In this document: positions 28,326-41,363 of the stretch, one piece after another
Position numbering within the stretch: position 1 is the stretch's first letter
Layout of the letters: each line of letters begins with the position of its first letter
DNA from: Eledone cirrhosa
Lineage: Eukaryota
Direction of reading: 5' to 3'
Assembly: GCA_964016885.1 (NCBI GenBank)
Contig: OZ024745.1
Coordinates: 117,800,001 to 117,864,000, forward strand
DNA length: 64,000 nt
The notes under the pieces: generated by a model
Database searches by the model: none
What the model saw: the letters and a program-made list of their open reading frames with translations, nothing else
What the model was told of the DNA's origin: nothing
Position numbers and translations under genes: made by a program

Positions 28326-29673
28326 CTTCTATACCAGCGGTCGCCAACCTTTCGGACTTCACGGACAACTCAACTCATAATTTTAAATCCCGCGGACACA
28401 AACAAGGATTTTTTTAAAAAGATAAATACATTTGTAAAATAATGATCAGAGAACTTCCATTTTATTAATATGAAATGTGCCCATTAATTATAACAAAATT
28501 ATAAATGTTTGTTTGATTATAACAAAATTATAAATGCTTATGTAATCATAACAAAATCTTTAAAGCTTGTCTAATGGTAACAATATTATTGGCAAGGACG
28601 GTGGATTGGCAGTATCGGTAGAGTCGGACGCCATGCTTTCCAGCATAGTTCCGCCCCTTTACGGTCTGACTTCAAATCCCGCCGAGGTTTCCTTTGCCTT
28701 TCATCCTTACGGAGTCGATAAAATAAAGTACCAGCAATGTACTGGGTAATTGCTGGCCTTGTGCCAAAAGTAGAAACAATTATTAAAGTTAGTTTATTAC
28801 AAAATAATTGAAGCTTATTTAAGTATTACACATTTTAGTGTGATATTTGTTTCTGCTTGTTTGAAACAAGTTCATGGATATTTAGCTCAAATGACGTAAC
28901 ATTCTATTAGTTCTTTACAGAGGAGAAACATTTTTAGGGGTGTTATAAAATATGAATTTTAAAGAAAAGATAAATACATTTGTAAAATAATTGTTTCTAA
29001 TTTTGGCACAAGATCAGCAATTATCCCAGTGTATTACTGGTACTTTATTTTATCGACGCCGTAAGGATGAAAGGCAAAGTTAACCTCGGCGGGACTTGAA
29101 CTCAGACCATAAAGGGGCGTAACTCTAGGGGCGTCCGATACTGCCAATCCACCACCGTTGTAAAATAATGATCAGAGAACTTCTATTTTATTAAACAATA
29201 CTGAAGTGTATGTGTGTCATATTGTCGATAGATGATTCATATGTGTAAAATTCTTTCATGGATGTAAGTTCTTTATTGAGGAAAAACATTTTTTAGGGGT
29301 GTTATAAAATGTATTTTAACCGAATATTATTTTTGTTTTATTATTAATAAAACATGAAGAGCGGTGGATTGGCAGTATCGGTAGAGTCGGACGCCATGCT
29401 TTGCAAAATAGAGTTACGGCCCTTTACGATCTGAGTTCAAATCTCGCCGAGGTTAACTTTGCCTTTCATCCTTACGGAGTCAATAAAATAAAGCATCAGT
29501 AATGCACTGAGGTAGATTTAATCGACTTTCCCCTCCCCTTCAAATTACTGGCCTTGTGCCTACACTAGAAACCATTATTAATAAAACATGACAATTACAA
29601 ATAATGTCCACATTTTCTGCGGACCACCAACATTTTCTCTGGGACCACCGGTTGGCAACCGCTAGTATAGAAG
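28326..29673. mobile_element. hAT(Charlie)-like non-autonomous element with three nested SINEs
   Basis: Terminal inverted repeats CTTCTATACCAGCGGTCGCCAACC / GGTTGGCAACCGCTAGTATAGAAG. SINEs at 28595-28783(+), 28990-29157(-) and 29358-29578(+). Confidence 0.65.
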
Positions 29674-29747
29674 CTCGTTCATGGACTTGATGATGTATAT
29701 GATATAATCATTGTACAATATATTTATATTAATAATATATTCATAAT

Positions 29748-30323
29748 AATTGTTTCTACTTTTGGCACAAGGCCAGCAATTATCCCAGTGTATTACTGGT
29801 ACTTTATTTTATCGACCTCGTAAGGATGAAAGGCAAAGTTAACCTCGGTGGGATTTGAACACAGACCGTAAAGGGGTGTAACTCTATTATGAAAAGCATG
29901 GCGTCCGACTCTCTACCGATACTATGGTTACTTTATAATGATAAGTTTTAAATAATTGACAGCTGGTCTCCGCTAGGTTGCCCTAAAAACGCTATAAGAT
30001 GTCGAAGTCTTCTAGTTGCTTTGCTGTTACTGGGTCGATAAAATAAAGTACCAGTAATGCACTGGGGTAGAAACAATTATAAGGTAACCATAGGGCGGTG
30101 GATTGGCAGTATCGGTAGAGAGTCGGCCTACATACTTCGTGGCATAGAGTTACGGCCCTTTACATTCTGATTTCAAATCCTACCAAGGCTAGTTTTGCCG
30201 TTCATCCTTACAGGGTTGATAAAATAAAAAAGTACCAGTAATGCACTGGGGTATATTTAATCAACTTTCCCCTCCACCCACCTCCTAAAAACTGTTGGCC
30301 TTGTACCCAAATCAGAAACCATT
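29748..30323. mobile_element. SINE family A cluster
   Basis: Copies at 29748-29922(-), 30030-30080(+, partial) and 30092-30323(+, TSD ATTATAA(G/A)GTAACCATA). Confidence 0.85.
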
Positions 30324-31879
30324 ATAAAGTAACCATACACTAATCAATAAAACAATGCACCCACTGCCTCCAAAATGGTTGGCCATGTTTCTCCTTCGCT
30401 AGTTATATATATTAACATCAGACGTCAGTTTCTTCGCTTTCGATGTTTCAAAACATACAAATAAACTCACACATATGTCGATAGTTTCTAATAATAGCAA
30501 CAGCAGCAGTAGCAGTATTAACACACGTTCTTAGTATAGAATTAATTCTAAACACAACCACAAGGATATGGTCCGAAAGTGGAAGAGTCGAACTCCCACT
30601 GTTACCGCCTCCATCTCTCCAGCCATCCCCATCTCTCTGTATAGTGAGCAAATGGGGTCCCATGCGCCGGCCTCCCCACAGCCCCGGCGGACAGAACGGA
30701 GAAGAGCCACCCCATCTCGCGGGGCTCACACCTGCGGCTGGCCAGCTCAGATCCTATGGTGGTGATATATATATATTAGTCAAGTGATTAGTGCGGATTA
30801 AACATATTTGTCAAATATCCAGTGGGTTACTGGTGATAGAATGTGAACTATTGATCCTTCTGTTGGTAGGCAGACATTTTCATCGAGTGGTCAAGTTCAT
30901 TTCTTAAAATATTTATAAACCGAATGAATAGTTGAGAAAGTCGGGTAAAATAGCCTCATGGACGAAAAAAAGAAGAGAAAGACAATCTTTGTGGAGTAAT
31001 GCAATGTTTTCACATCGGTAATGGCATTTATTGAAGAACCTGCTCAAGTAACATATTTTTCGTGTGGCAATATTAAATAATTGGTATTTGCTGCAGTGGA
31101 ATAATATGTTGGTAAACGACGATTGCATCTGGATTGGCGGTATCGGTAGAGCGTCAAACACCATGCTTTGCAGCATAGAGTTATGGCCCTTTAAGTTCCG
31201 AGTTCAAATCCTGCCGAGGTTAAATTGTCTTTCATCTTTACGGTGTCGATAAAATAAAGTACCAGTAACGCACTGGGATAATTGCTGGCCTTGTGCCAAA
31301 ATGTCGAAACAATTATTTTCATGTTGTGAAGTCGTCAGTTATGCATGAGCCCGTGTAACTAGCAGCAAATAACAGTAAAGATACTAAGTTACTTATGTCT
31401 GTTTAAGAGGAGAGAATTCACAGAGATATGTACAGAAATAAGACATCATCATACCAGACGTCTTAGCGCTTGGTTATAAAGTTGTCAGACTAAACTCCAG
31501 CCACGTTTCAATTGCAGACATTCAGCCACACCAATATCATCGGTCAGAAATGACCTGTGAAAACCATACACCGAAACCTCCTCGTCAGATTAACTTATTA
31601 AACAAGAGTCGCAATATTGCACTATGGCTATAATTAGTTGGAACATAGACACAAGATCACTGATTTAAGAGACAGAATAGTCTATTATATAATCCCGGTC
31701 CTTGAGCTTATCAAACCAGATAGACGAAAAGGAAAAATGAACGCTCTAATAACTATTGGGTCGTAAAGTATGAAATTTGTAAAATTTGTAAAATTTCTAC
31801 AAATTTCATATTTGACAACCCAATAAAATTTAGAAATTAAAAGAATCTAATTAAATAAGACAAGGAATTAACACCTCAA

Positions 31880-32140
31880 CACAATCTACAGTTCATTACC
31901 ACCAATAGTCCCACAATCTACAATTAATTACCACCAATAGTCCCCACAATCTACAATTTATTAGGACCAATAGTCCCCACAATCTACAATTAATTACCAC
32001 CAATAGTCCTCACAATCTACAATTTATTAGGACAAATAGTCCCCACAATCTACAATTTATTAGGACCAATAGTCCCCACAATGTACAATTAGGACTCCAC
32101 AGGATCTACAATTCATTAGGACCAGTCCTCTACAGACTCT
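31880..32140. repeat. ~33-bp minisatellite (CACAATCTACAATTAATTACCACCAATAGTCCC), about 8 copies
   Basis: Direct inspection. Confidence 0.9.
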
Positions 32141-33084
32141 ACAACCCCCTTCTTGTTCTATTTTTCTTCATCTTTGAAAGGAAAAGGGAAGGAGCCGATG
32201 GTTAGGTTTTTCCATTGCTGATAATAACTGTTTCTACTTTAGGCACAAGGCCAGCAATTACCCAGTGTATTACTGGTACTTTATTTTATCGACCCCGTAA
32301 GGATGAAAGGCAAAGTTAACCTCGGCGGGATTTGAATAATAACGTCAGGTCGCAATTCCTGGAAGAAGATGGGATTTGAACTCAGATCATAAAGGGTCGT
32401 AACTCTATGCTGCAAAGTATGGCGTCCGACCCTCTACCAATGCTGCCAATCCGCTGCCCTTCCATTGCTGATAATAACGTCAGGTCGCAATCTCTGGAAG
32501 AAGATGGGATTTGAACTCAGAATTCAGAGATCCGTATCAGGTGCTAAAAGTCATCCTGTTCGACACTTTTACAATTCCGTCAACCCTCCGCCCCTGGACG
32601 GCTACTTTATTTATTGACTTCAAAAGAATGAAAAGCAGAGTCGACCACGATGGGATTTTAACTCAGAGAATATTGAACCGGAAAAAATATTAAGGCATTT
32701 AATCCAATTCACTAACGACTCTGACAAATTACCGATATTTGAAAATAACTCTTCTGAGATCAATGTTTAATCGAGTGTAGCGAAATATTACTAATTTTCA
32801 AACTACGAATTCAGTCGCCGTCTAGTAATGTTAACTAACGCTCGAAATACTTTTCTTAGTTTCAAATTTTATTATAATTTTTAAATAAGGTTAGACGCAT
32901 GTATGCATGCATGGACTCGTAACTTCGGAGGGAGTCTAGGGCTGCCGTATTAACATACGGCGTTTCTAGAGCATTTTAATACCTGGCGGAGCCCATCTCT
33001 CTCCAGATCTGAATACAGCAGATTTCGACCAGAGAAGAATAAAAAGTGAGAGAATGGAAGTGAGAAAGAGATAAAAGTCAACAG

Positions 33085-33276
33085 CACATAAACGGCAAGT
33101 GCTAAATAGATTATTTGCCAGAGATCCTAAATCAGTTTATCGCAGCTTCAATGGGAAAAGCTCAATTTATGTAAATGACACCCCTACAAAAGAAGGAGCA
33201 AATTAAGACTGATACAATACACTACCAGAAAGGTATCTTTCAAGGTAATAGCTTATCAGTGCTGCTCTTCGTCCTC
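33085..33276 (+). mobile_element. Internally deleted R4-like LINE fragment
   Basis: HKRQVLNRLFARDPKSVYRSF, then TDTIHYQKGIFQGNSLSVLLFVL (RT motif GIFQGDSLS). Confidence 0.75.
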
Positions 33277-36200
33277 TGACGTGGCTTACTGGCGCTAAGA
33301 AGTGCTAGATATATCTCTAGTCTGACATGGCTCACTGGCGCTAAGAAGTGCTAGATATATCTCTAGTCTGACATGGCTCACTGGCGCTAAGAAGTGCTAG
33401 ATATATCTCTAGTCTGACATGGCTTACTGACGCTAAGAAGTGCTAGATATATCTCTAGTCTGACATGGCTTACTGGCGCTAAGAAGTGCTAGATATATCT
33501 CTAGTCTGACATGGCTTACTGACGCTAAGAAGTGCTAGATATATCTCTAGTCTGACATGGCTTACTGGCGCTAAGAAGTGCTAGATATATCTCTAGTCTG
33601 ACATGTCTTACTAGTACTAAGAAGTGCTAGATATATCTCTAGTCTGACATGGCTTACTAGTACTAAGAAGTGCTAGATATATCTCTAGTCCGACATGGCT
33701 TACTAGTACTAAGAAGTGCTAGATATATCTCTAGTCTGACATGTCTTACTAGTACTAAGAAGTGCTAGATATATCTCTAGTCTGACATGTCTTACTAGTA
33801 CTAAGAAGTGCTAGATATATCTCTAGTCTGACATGGCTTACTGACGCTAAGAAGTGCTAGATATATCTCTAGTCCGACATGGCTTACTAGTACTAAGAAG
33901 TGCTAGATATATCTCTAGTCTGACATGGCTTACTAGTACTAAGAAGTGCTAGATATATCTCTAGTCTGACATGGCTCACTGGCGCTAAGAAGTGCTAGAT
34001 ATATCTCTAGTCTGACATGGCTCACTGGCGCTAAGAAGTGCTAGATATATCTCTAGTCTGACATGGCTCACTGGCGCTAAGAAGTGCTAGATATATCTCT
34101 AGTCTGACATGGCTCACTGGCGCTAAGAAGTGCTAGATATATCTCTAGTCTGACATGGCTTACTAGTACTAAGAAGTGCTAGATATATCTCTAGTCTGAC
34201 ATGGCTTACTAGTACTAAGAAGTGCTAGATATATCTCTAGTCTGACATGGCTTACTAGTACTAAGAAGTGCTAGATATATCTCTAGTCTGACATGGCTTA
34301 CTAGTACTAAGAAGTGCTAGATATATCTCTAGTCTGACATGGCTCACTGGCGCTAAGAAGTGCTAGATATATCTCTAGTCTGACATGGCTCACTGGCGCT
34401 AAGAAGTGCTAGATATATCTCTAGTCTGACATGGCTTACTAGTACTAAGAAGTGCTAGATATATCTCTAGTCTGACATGGCTTACTAGTACTAAGAAGTG
34501 CTAGATATATCTCTAGTCTGACATGGCTTACTAGTACTAAGAAGTGCTAGATATATCTCTAGTCTGACATGGCTTACTAGTACTAAGAAGTGCTAGATAT
34601 ATCTCTAGTCCGACATGGCTTACTAGTACTAAGAAGTGCTAGATATATCTCTAGTCTGACATGGCTTACTAGTACTAAGAAGTGCTAGATATATCTCTAG
34701 TCTGACATGGCTTACTAGTACTAAGAAGTGCTAGATATATCTCTAGTCCGACATGGCTTACTAGTACTAAGAAGTGCTAGATATATCTCTAGTCCGACAT
34801 GGCTTACTAGTACTAAGAAGTGCTAGATATATCTCTAGTCTGACATGGCTTACTAGTACTAAGAAGTGCTAGATATATCTCTAGTCCGACATGGCTTACT
34901 AGTACTAAGAAGTGCTAGATATATCTCTAGTCTGACATGGCTTACTAGTACTAAGAAGTGCTAGATATATCTCTAGTCCGACATGGCTTACTAGTACTAA
35001 GAAGTGCTAGATATATCTCTAGTCCGACATGGCTTACTAGTACTAAGAAGTGCTAGATATATCTCTAGTCTGACATGGCTCACTGGCGCTAAGAAGTGCT
35101 AGATATATCTCTAGTCTGACATGGCTCACTGGCGCTAAGAAGTGCTAGATATATCTCTAGTCTGACATGGCTCACTGGCGCTAAGAAGTGCTAGATATAT
35201 CTCTAGTCTGACATGGCTCACTGGCGCTAAGAAGTGCTAGATATATCTCTAGTCTGACATGGCTCACTGGCGCTAAGAAGTGCTAGATATATCTCTAGTC
35301 TGACATGGCTTACTGACGCTAAGAAGTGCTAGATATATCTCTAGTCTGACATGGCTTACTGGCGCTAAGAAGTGCTAGATATATCTCTAGTCTGACATGT
35401 CTTACTAGTACTAAGAAGTGCTAGATATATCTCTAGTCTGACATGGCTTACTAGTACTAAGAAGTGCTAGATATATCTCTAGTCTGACATGGCTTACTGA
35501 CGCTAAGAAGTGCTAGATATATCTCTAGTCTGACATGTCTTACTAGTACTAAGAAGTGCTAGATATATCTCTAGTCCGACATGGCTTACTAGTACTAAGA
35601 CGTGCTAGATATATCTCTAGTCCGACATGGCTTACTAGTACTAAGAAGTGCTAGATATATCTCTAGTCCGACATGGCTTACTAGTACTAAGACATGCTAG
35701 ATATATCTCTAGTCCGACATGGCTTACTAGTACTAAGAAGTGCTAGATATATCTCTAGTCCGACATGGCTTACTGACGCTAAGAAGTGCTAGATATATCT
35801 CTAGTCTGACATGGCTCACTGGCGCTAAGAAGTGCTAGATATATCTCTAGTCTGACATGGCTTACTGACGCTAAGAAGTGCTAGATATATCTCTAGTCTG
35901 ACATGGCTTACTGGCGCTAAGAAGTGCTAGATATATCTCTAGTCTGACATGTCTTACTAGTACTAAGAAGTGCTAGATATATCTCTAGTCTGACATGGCT
36001 TACTAGTACTAAGAAGTGCTAGATATATCTCTAGTCTGACATGGCTTACTGACGCTAAGAAGTGCTAGATATATCTCTAGTCTGACATGTCTTACTAGTA
36101 CTAAGAAGTGCTAGATATATCTCTAGTCCGACATGGCTTACTAGTACTAAGACGTGCTAGATATATCTCTAGTCCGACATGGCTTACTAGTACTAAGAAG

Positions 36201-38357
36201 TGCTAGATATATCTCTAGTCCGACATGGCTTACTAGTACTAAGACGTGCTAGATATATCTCTAGTCCGACATGGCTTACTAGTACTAAGAAGTGCTAGAT
36301 ATATCTCTAGTCCGACATGGCTTACTGACGCTAAGAAGTGCTAGATATATCTCTAGTCTGACATGTCTTACTAGTACTAAGAAGTGCTAGATATATCTCT
36401 AGTCCGACATGGCTTACTGACGCTAAGAAGTGCTAGATATATCTCTAGTCTGACATGTCTTACTAGTACTAAGAAGTGCTAGATATATCTCTAGTCTGAC
36501 ATGGCTCACTGGCGCTAAGAAGTGCTAGATATATCTCTAGTCCGACATGGCTTACTAGTACTAAGAAGTGCTAGATATATCTCTAGTCTGACATGGCTTA
36601 CTAGTACTAAGAAGTGCTAGATATATCTCTAGTCTGACATGGCTTACTAGTACTAAGAAGTGCTAGATATATCTCTAGTCTGACATGGCTTACTAGTACT
36701 AAGAAGTGCTAGATATATCTCTAGTCTGACATGTCTTACTAGTACTAAGAAGTGCTAGATATATCTCTAGTCCGACATGGCTTACTAGTACTAAGAAGTG
36801 CTAGATATATCTCTAGTCTGACATGGCTTACTAGTACTAAGACGTGCTAGATATATCTCTAGTCTGACATGTCTTACTAGTACTAAGAAGTGCTAGATAT
36901 ATCTCTAGTCCGACATGGCTTACTAGTACTAAGAAGTGCTAGATATATCTCTAGTCTGACATGGCTTACTAGTACTAAGAAGTGCTAGATATATCTCTAG
37001 TCCGACATGGCTTACTAGTACTAAGACGTGCTAGATATATCTCTAGTCCGACATGGCTTACTAGTACTAAGAAGTGCTAGATATATCTCTAGTCTGACAT
37101 GGCTTACTAGTACTAAGAAGTGCTAGATATATCTCTAGTCTGACATGGCTTACTAGTACTAAGAAGTGCTAGATATATCTCTAGTCTGACATGGCTTACT
37201 AGTACTAAGAAGTGCTAGATATATCTCTAGTCTGACATGGCTTACTAGTACTAAGAAGTGCTAGATATATCTCTAGTCTGACATGGCTTACTAGTACTAA
37301 GAAGTGCTAGATATATCTCTAGTCTGACATGGCTTACTAGTACTAAGAAGTGCTAGATATATCTCTAGTCTGACATGGCTTACTAGTACTAAGAAGTGCT
37401 AGATATATCTCTAGTCTGACATGGCTTACTAGTACTAAGAAGTGCTAGATATATCTCTAGTCTGACATGGCTTACTAGTACTAAGAAGTGCTAGATATAT
37501 CTCTAGTCTGACATGGCTTACTAGTACTAAGAAGTGCTAGATATATCTCTAGTCTGACATGGCTTACTAGTACTAAGACGTGCTAGATATATCTCTAGTC
37601 TGACATGGCTTACTAGTACTAAGAAGTGCTAGATATATCTCTAGTCTGACATGGCTTACTAGTACTAAGAAGTGCTAGATATATCTCTAGTCTGACATGG
37701 CTTACTAGTACTAAGAAGTGCTAGATATATCTCTAGTCTGACATGGCTTACTAGTACTAAGAAGTGCTAGATATATCTCTAGTCTGACATGGCTTACTAG
37801 TACTAAGAAGTGCTAGATATATCTCTAGTCTGACATGGCTTACTAGTACTAAGAAGTGCTAGATATATCTCTAGTCTGACATGGCTTACTAGTACTAAGA
37901 AGTGCTAGATATATCTCTAGTCTGACATGGCTTACTAGTACTAAGAAGTGCTAGATATATCTCTAGTCTGACATGGCTTACTAGTACTAAGACGTGCTAG
38001 ATATATCTCTAGTCTGACATGGCTTACTAGTACTAAGAAGTGCTAGATATATCTCTAGTCTGACATGGCTTACTAGTACTAAGACGTGCTAGATATATCT
38101 CTAGTCTGACATGGCTTACTAGTACTAAGAAGTGCTAGATATATCTCTAGTCTGACATGGCTTACTAGTACTAAGAAGTGCTAGATATATCTCTAGTCTG
38201 ACATGGCTTACTAGTACTAAGAAGTGCTAGATATATCTCTAGTCTGACATGGCTTACTAGTACTAAGAAGTGCTAGATATATCTCTAGTCTGACATGGCT
38301 TACTAGTACTAAGAAGTGCTAGATATATCTCTAGTCTGACATGGCTTACTAGTACTA
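33276..38357. repeat. 46-bp satellite, about 110 copies (CTGACATGGCTTACTAGTACTAAGAAGTGCTAGATATATCTCTAGT)
   Basis: Exact 46-bp period with a few recurrent substitution variants. Confidence 0.98.
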
Positions 38358-38458
38358 TGGATGATTCCGTGAGTCCTGAGAGAGTTATAGGGGTGCCACA
38401 TTGGCAGAGGCCATCTCCTCTCCATGTCTGAATACAGTAGATTTCTTCCAGAGATAGC

Positions 38459-38523
<65 letters not shown>

Positions 38524-39160
38524 GAAGTGAGAAAAAGATATAGAGGAAGAATTGACTCCAGTACTTGACTGGTATTTTTTTTTATCGACATCGAATGAAT
38601 GACAGGCAAAATTGACCTCGGGGGGGATTTGAACTTTGAGAGCAGAGAGCGGAAACGAAAATAATTACATACACACACACAAAATACATTTATAATTTCA
38701 TATTCCAGAAAGGAAAATAACAAATATAGTAAGGAAATGTTATAAATTTATTTCAATAATAATTATTTATGGTTTTTATAAATAGACATAAAAAGTGAAA
38801 CATTCTTTAAAGAAATAAAAATAAGAACTGGTAATATATTCGTACATTTTCCTAAAAAAATAATGAATATTTTCTTACATTGGCTCGAAGCCACAACTTT
38901 GTAGAGTCGATTAAATCAACTTCACTATTATATTTGTTTTATTTTGCCGAGAAGGATGTAAAGTAAAGCCCTTCCCGGCGGGATTTCATCCCACAATGTA
39001 AGTATATTTCGACGCGTTACTTTTTCTGCTAAAATATTGTCTTAAAGGAAAAAAAAAGCAAGAAAGAAATATTTGCATTTTCTTTTCTGCAAAAATTACA
39101 CAAACGCTACAACACTGTAACCAACACATTGCAGGGCTGTACATATAACATAAACAAATA

Positions 39161-39378
39161 CAGGGTGGGCCAGAATTCATGACTCACTTGATTATTTATA
39201 GCTTATATATATAAATAAAAAAAACCTCGGAGGCATATTAAGAAATAAAAATATAAATTAAGAAACCTGCTAAGCATATTAAGAAATAAAATAATAATTT
39301 GAAACAATACAATAACAATAAAATAAGCATGTTAAGAAATATAACTAACAAGCGAGTCATGAATTCTGGCCCACCCTG
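39161..39378. mobile_element. Tc1/mariner-type MITE
   Basis: TA|CAGGGTGGGCCAGAATTCATGACTC ... GAGTCATGAATTCTGGCCCACCCTG|TA. About 30-bp TIRs and a TA TSD. Confidence 0.92.
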
Positions 39379-39427
39379 TAGATATACCATCACAATACAA
39401 ACACATAGGCAGATACACAAACAGATA

Positions 39428-39593
39428 CCGTAATTCCCGGCGTCGAAGACGCTACTTTTTCCCTAAAATAAGTCTCAAAACTCTACCATGTGTCCTGGAG
39501 GCCGACGGTTGTTTATTAATTTTTTTTCAAATTTTTGGTTGTCCAAATTAGGGTGCGTCCTCGAGGACGAAGCGTCTTCGGCGCCGAGAAATA
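39428..39593. mobile_element. pogo/Tigger-like MITE
   Basis: TA|CCGTAATTCCCGGCGTCGAAGACGCT ... AGCGTCTTCGGCGCCGAGAAATA imperfect TIRs. Confidence 0.65.
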
Positions 39594-39688
39594 TAAACGC
39601 TTACACACGCAAACGCACTATTCAACACAAATATACAGATTGCCAAATTGAACACAAAGTGTATAAAAATAGAAAATGTGATATTATT

Positions 39689-39793
<105 letters not shown>

Positions 39794-39875
39794 CACACAT
39801 ATGCACACACACATATATATATACTCACATACATATATGCACATACGATTTTGTATATTATTTATAGCATTCGAC

Positions 39876-39907
<32 letters not shown>

Positions 39908-40385
39908 CATTAATACGTGAAGATTTGTCATTAAAATTATCTTTATATACTTTTTCATGTTTTAGTTATAAACGATAATTATTCGTTGATGTTTTCCTGA
40001 ATAAGGTGTAAATTCATTAAATCTATGATATTAAATGGTGCCTTTTAGACCCAATGAACCGTTACACACACTGAAACTCTTCCGGTAATCTATGTACAAT
40101 TGAGAAATCCTTTATATTAAGGCAGCCCAATAAAACATTGAACAAGCTGCCTTAATTTCCATTTGCATCGTTATTTGCTTCCATTCCATGGATGTATTAT
40201 ATCAACAGAATCTGCCCATTCATATCAACAAATAAGAATCAACGTGTTGTGATCTCGTACAACTAGGTGAGATTGGATCTTTCACCGTTTTTTTATCACC
40301 GGTTTTATTAGCAAATCATGGAGCAGTATTCTGACATCCATTTTACTCACATAAAGCTGCACCCCACCAAAATATTTACCCTCCA

Positions 40386-41018
40386 TTGCCATTAGATGAT
40401 GAGTAAGTCTCGTTCGTATTCGTTGGAGTGGCAGTATCGGTAGAGTCGGACACCATGCTTTGCAGCATAGAGTTACGGACCTTTATGGTCTGAGTTCAAA
40501 TCCTGCCGAGGTTTACTTTGCCTTTCATCTTTACAGGGTTGAAAAAATAAAGTACCAGTAACGTACTGGGGTCGATTTAATCGACTTTCCCCCAAATTAC
40601 TGGCCTTGTGCCTATAGTAGAAATCATTAATTAGTTTGGGTTACGTGGTGGAGCTGATGATTTGACAACCTCTGGGACTATCGAGTGTAGCTGGGCGACC
40701 CCTTGCTTTCATTAGCTTAAAATTAGTTAACACAGAGCTCCATTGGTGGCCGCATCATGGAATTTCCGTTTTCGTGTTATAGGATACAGCGGGCCGTTGT
40801 GAAGTTTCTCATAGAACAAAGATGACTTTGCTTTTAATCCTATTGCATACATTTTACAGATTTAAAAAAATTTAATTCGACTTTCTAATGAAAACAAGTA
40901 GTCTCCAGTTACTACACCCGATAGTCGCTATGGCACCCAGCCATTGTCAAAATATTAGCGCTACCACGTAACCTAAACTAATTAATACGAACGAGATTTA
41001 CTCATCATCCAATGGCAA
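40386..41018. mobile_element. Fold-back MITE-like element with a SINE inserted in its left arm
   Basis: 40386-40418 plus 40627-40695 are inverse to 40903-41018. SINE A at about 40425-40628. Confidence 0.6.
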
Positions 41019-41146
41019 CCAGCATTGCTGAGATGCCATGGGTAACTCACCTTTCCGTATCAAAGTATCTGAATGATCAGGCGTGCTTCTTACGTCTGTG
41101 AGACTTTATTAATACACGTAGTCTGAGTGAAACTTCTAACATATAA

Positions 41147-41363
41147 AATGATTTCTACTATAGGCACAAGGCCAACAATTTTGGGAACGGAGAAGTCGAT
41201 TATATCGATCCCAGTGCATTACTGGTACTTTGTTATCGACCCCGTAAGGATGAAAGGCAAAGTTAACCACTGCGGAATTTGAACTCATAATGTAAAGGGC
41301 CGTAACTCTATGCTAAAAAGCATGGCGTCCGACCCTCTACCGATACTACCAATCCACCGCCCT
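41147..41363 (-). mobile_element. SINE family A with TSD
   Basis: Full length, flanked by AAACTTCTAA(C/T)ATATA. Confidence 0.9.

Noticed and set aside
33276-38357. CRISPR-like array
   Set aside because: The units are contiguous 46-mers with a few recurrent variants and no unique spacers. There are no cas genes and the context is eukaryotic.
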